Part shown: piece by piece, positions 11,139-14,027 of the stretch
How positions within the stretch are numbered: position 1 is the first letter of the stretch
Layout: the number at the start of each line of letters is the position of its first letter
Assembly (NCBI GenBank): GCA_964016885.1
Contig: CAXHJY010000980.1
Span: forward strand, 1-14,027
Origin: Eledone cirrhosa
Lineage: Eukaryota
DNA length: 14,027 nt
Direction: 5' to 3'
Made by a program: the position numbers and the translations under genes
The notes under the pieces: generated by a model
The model's input: only the letters and a program-made list of their open reading frames with translations
Database searches by the model: none
Told to the model about the DNA's origin: nothing

Positions 11139-11326
11139 CGTGGACCAAAAGTCAATTCTTCTCTATTTTTATTAATAAAACAGTACAAATTAATTCGAAA
11201 CTAATTTTTTTTATCTTTAAATTAAATTTCATAATTGGATCTTGTTTTTATTCAACTTCCTATAATATTTAATAATAATAAAAATATAAATTTTTTTTAA
11301 TAGGAAGTGACTTTTGGCCCACCCTG
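11139..11326. mobile_element. ~190-bp Tc1/mariner-like MITE with degenerate TIRs
   Basis: Left GTGGACCAAAAGTCAATTC (11140-11158) vs reverse complement of the right end CAGGGTGGGCCAAAAGTCACTTC (11326-11304): 17/19 identity. Very AT-rich interior and a (TA)n run on the left flank. Confidence 0.7.
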
Positions 11327-11516
11327 AATTAGTGGGTGAAATTATATTCTTATTTTAAAATGTATTTTTTGCTTGCAATGCTTACTTTTAATATTCTGTA
11401 AATTTACACATAAATATAAATTTGAAAAAAAATGAAGTTCTACAAATTATAGTTTTTAACCTAAAGACTATCTGAGATATCTAACGTTTAATATGACTGA
11501 AAGAGTTTTATTTTAA

Positions 11517-11875
11517 CGCACACGCACGCACGCACGCACGCACGGAAATACATGCATATACACATGCATAAATTCACACATGCACACATACTCATACACA
11601 CGCACACACGCGCACGGAAATACATGCATATACACATGCATAAATTCACACATGCACACATACTCATACACACGCACTCACATACATGCACACATACTCA
11701 CGCACACACGCACACACACACATACTCACACACTCACATACATGCACACATACTCATACATACGCACACACACATGCACACACATACGCACGCACACACG
11801 CACACACACATACTCATACGCACGCACACATTATCACGCACACACATACGCACGCACACACGCACATATACACTC
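11517..11875. repeat. Compound CA/CACG/CATA microsatellite containing a 72-bp-period tandem duplication
   Basis: (CACG)n at the start; 11539-11605 is identical to 11611-11677; recurring CACATACTCA motif. Confidence 0.95.
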
Positions 11876-11892
11876 CCATCCATATATTACCA

Positions 11893-12000
11893 CGCAGTTA
11901 AGAAGTTGGCTCCCCATCCTGCTGCCTAAGACGTCATCCTACTCTCCAACAGGCAAGTCTTTCTTGCTGTAGCCTCAAACCAATGCCTCACCAATGGATG
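11893..12000 (+). mobile_element. Highly decayed SINE fragment (octopus-like)
   Basis: GTTAAGAAGTTGGCTCCCCA...GGCAAGTCTTTCTTGCTGTAGCCTC...ACCAATGCCT resembles my recollection of a common octopus SINE (AAGAAGTTTGCTTCCCAA...GGGCAAGTGTCTTCTACTATAGCCTC). No intact B box. Confidence 0.45.
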
Positions 12001-12230
12001 GCGGGTTATGTGTACCGGTTTAAACCTCGTATTTTATTGTAGTTTTATGTCAAAAAGGTAACATAGCTATTCGATAAAGAGGGATCGATAAAGTAACTAT
12101 TGGATTGAAATAACTTTTGAGATCAATATGATCGACTAAAACCTTTGATGACGGCGTCCAAGAATGGCTGCGGTACATTGATCGAAACCAATAAAGGAAT
12201 AAAAGAAAATGTTTGTGCATATATATACGT

Positions 12231-12317
12231 TTAATATATGTGTATTGATATATGTGTAGCAACAGAGATATACGCTTAATATATATGTATATGGATATAT
12301 GTGTAGCAGAGATATAC
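12231..12317. repeat. Imperfect two-copy tandem repeat of ~45 bp
   Basis: TTAATATAT...GATATATGTGTAGCA(AC)AGAGATATAC at 12231-12273 and 12276-12317. Confidence 0.85.
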
Positions 12318-12320
12318 ATG

Positions 12321-14021
<1,701 letters not shown>

Positions 14022-14027
14022 CTATTA

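Noticed and set aside
10872-12319. His/Thr-, Cys/Val- and Tyr/Ile-rich ORFs
   Set aside because: Translations of CA, TG and TA simple repeats, open in several frames and on both strands.

Overview
AT-rich, non-coding eukaryotic DNA made almost entirely of repeats. The SINE-like pieces resemble, from memory, tRNA-derived SINE families of octopus/cephalopod genomes; this assignment is an inference, not a database result. Bases 1-8445 are a minisatellite of roughly 140 units of 53, 64 or 75 bp, differing by copies of an 11-bp module, with higher-order block duplications and region-specific variants. About 40 bp after the array is a hAT (Buster/Charlie)-type terminal inverted repeat followed by an nnnTAnnn 8-mer that runs into a 5'-truncated SINE. 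This suggests a minisatellite expanded inside a non-autonomous hAT element that had inserted into a SINE. The remainder holds further SINE copies (one with a probable target-site duplication), triplicated mariner-like ends, a Tc1/mariner-like MITE, a perfect 32-bp palindrome, CA-rich and TA microsatellites, and a terminal ~1.7-kb A/T-only tract. No credible protein-coding gene, CRISPR array or structural RNA gene is seen; one weak candidate exon is noted.
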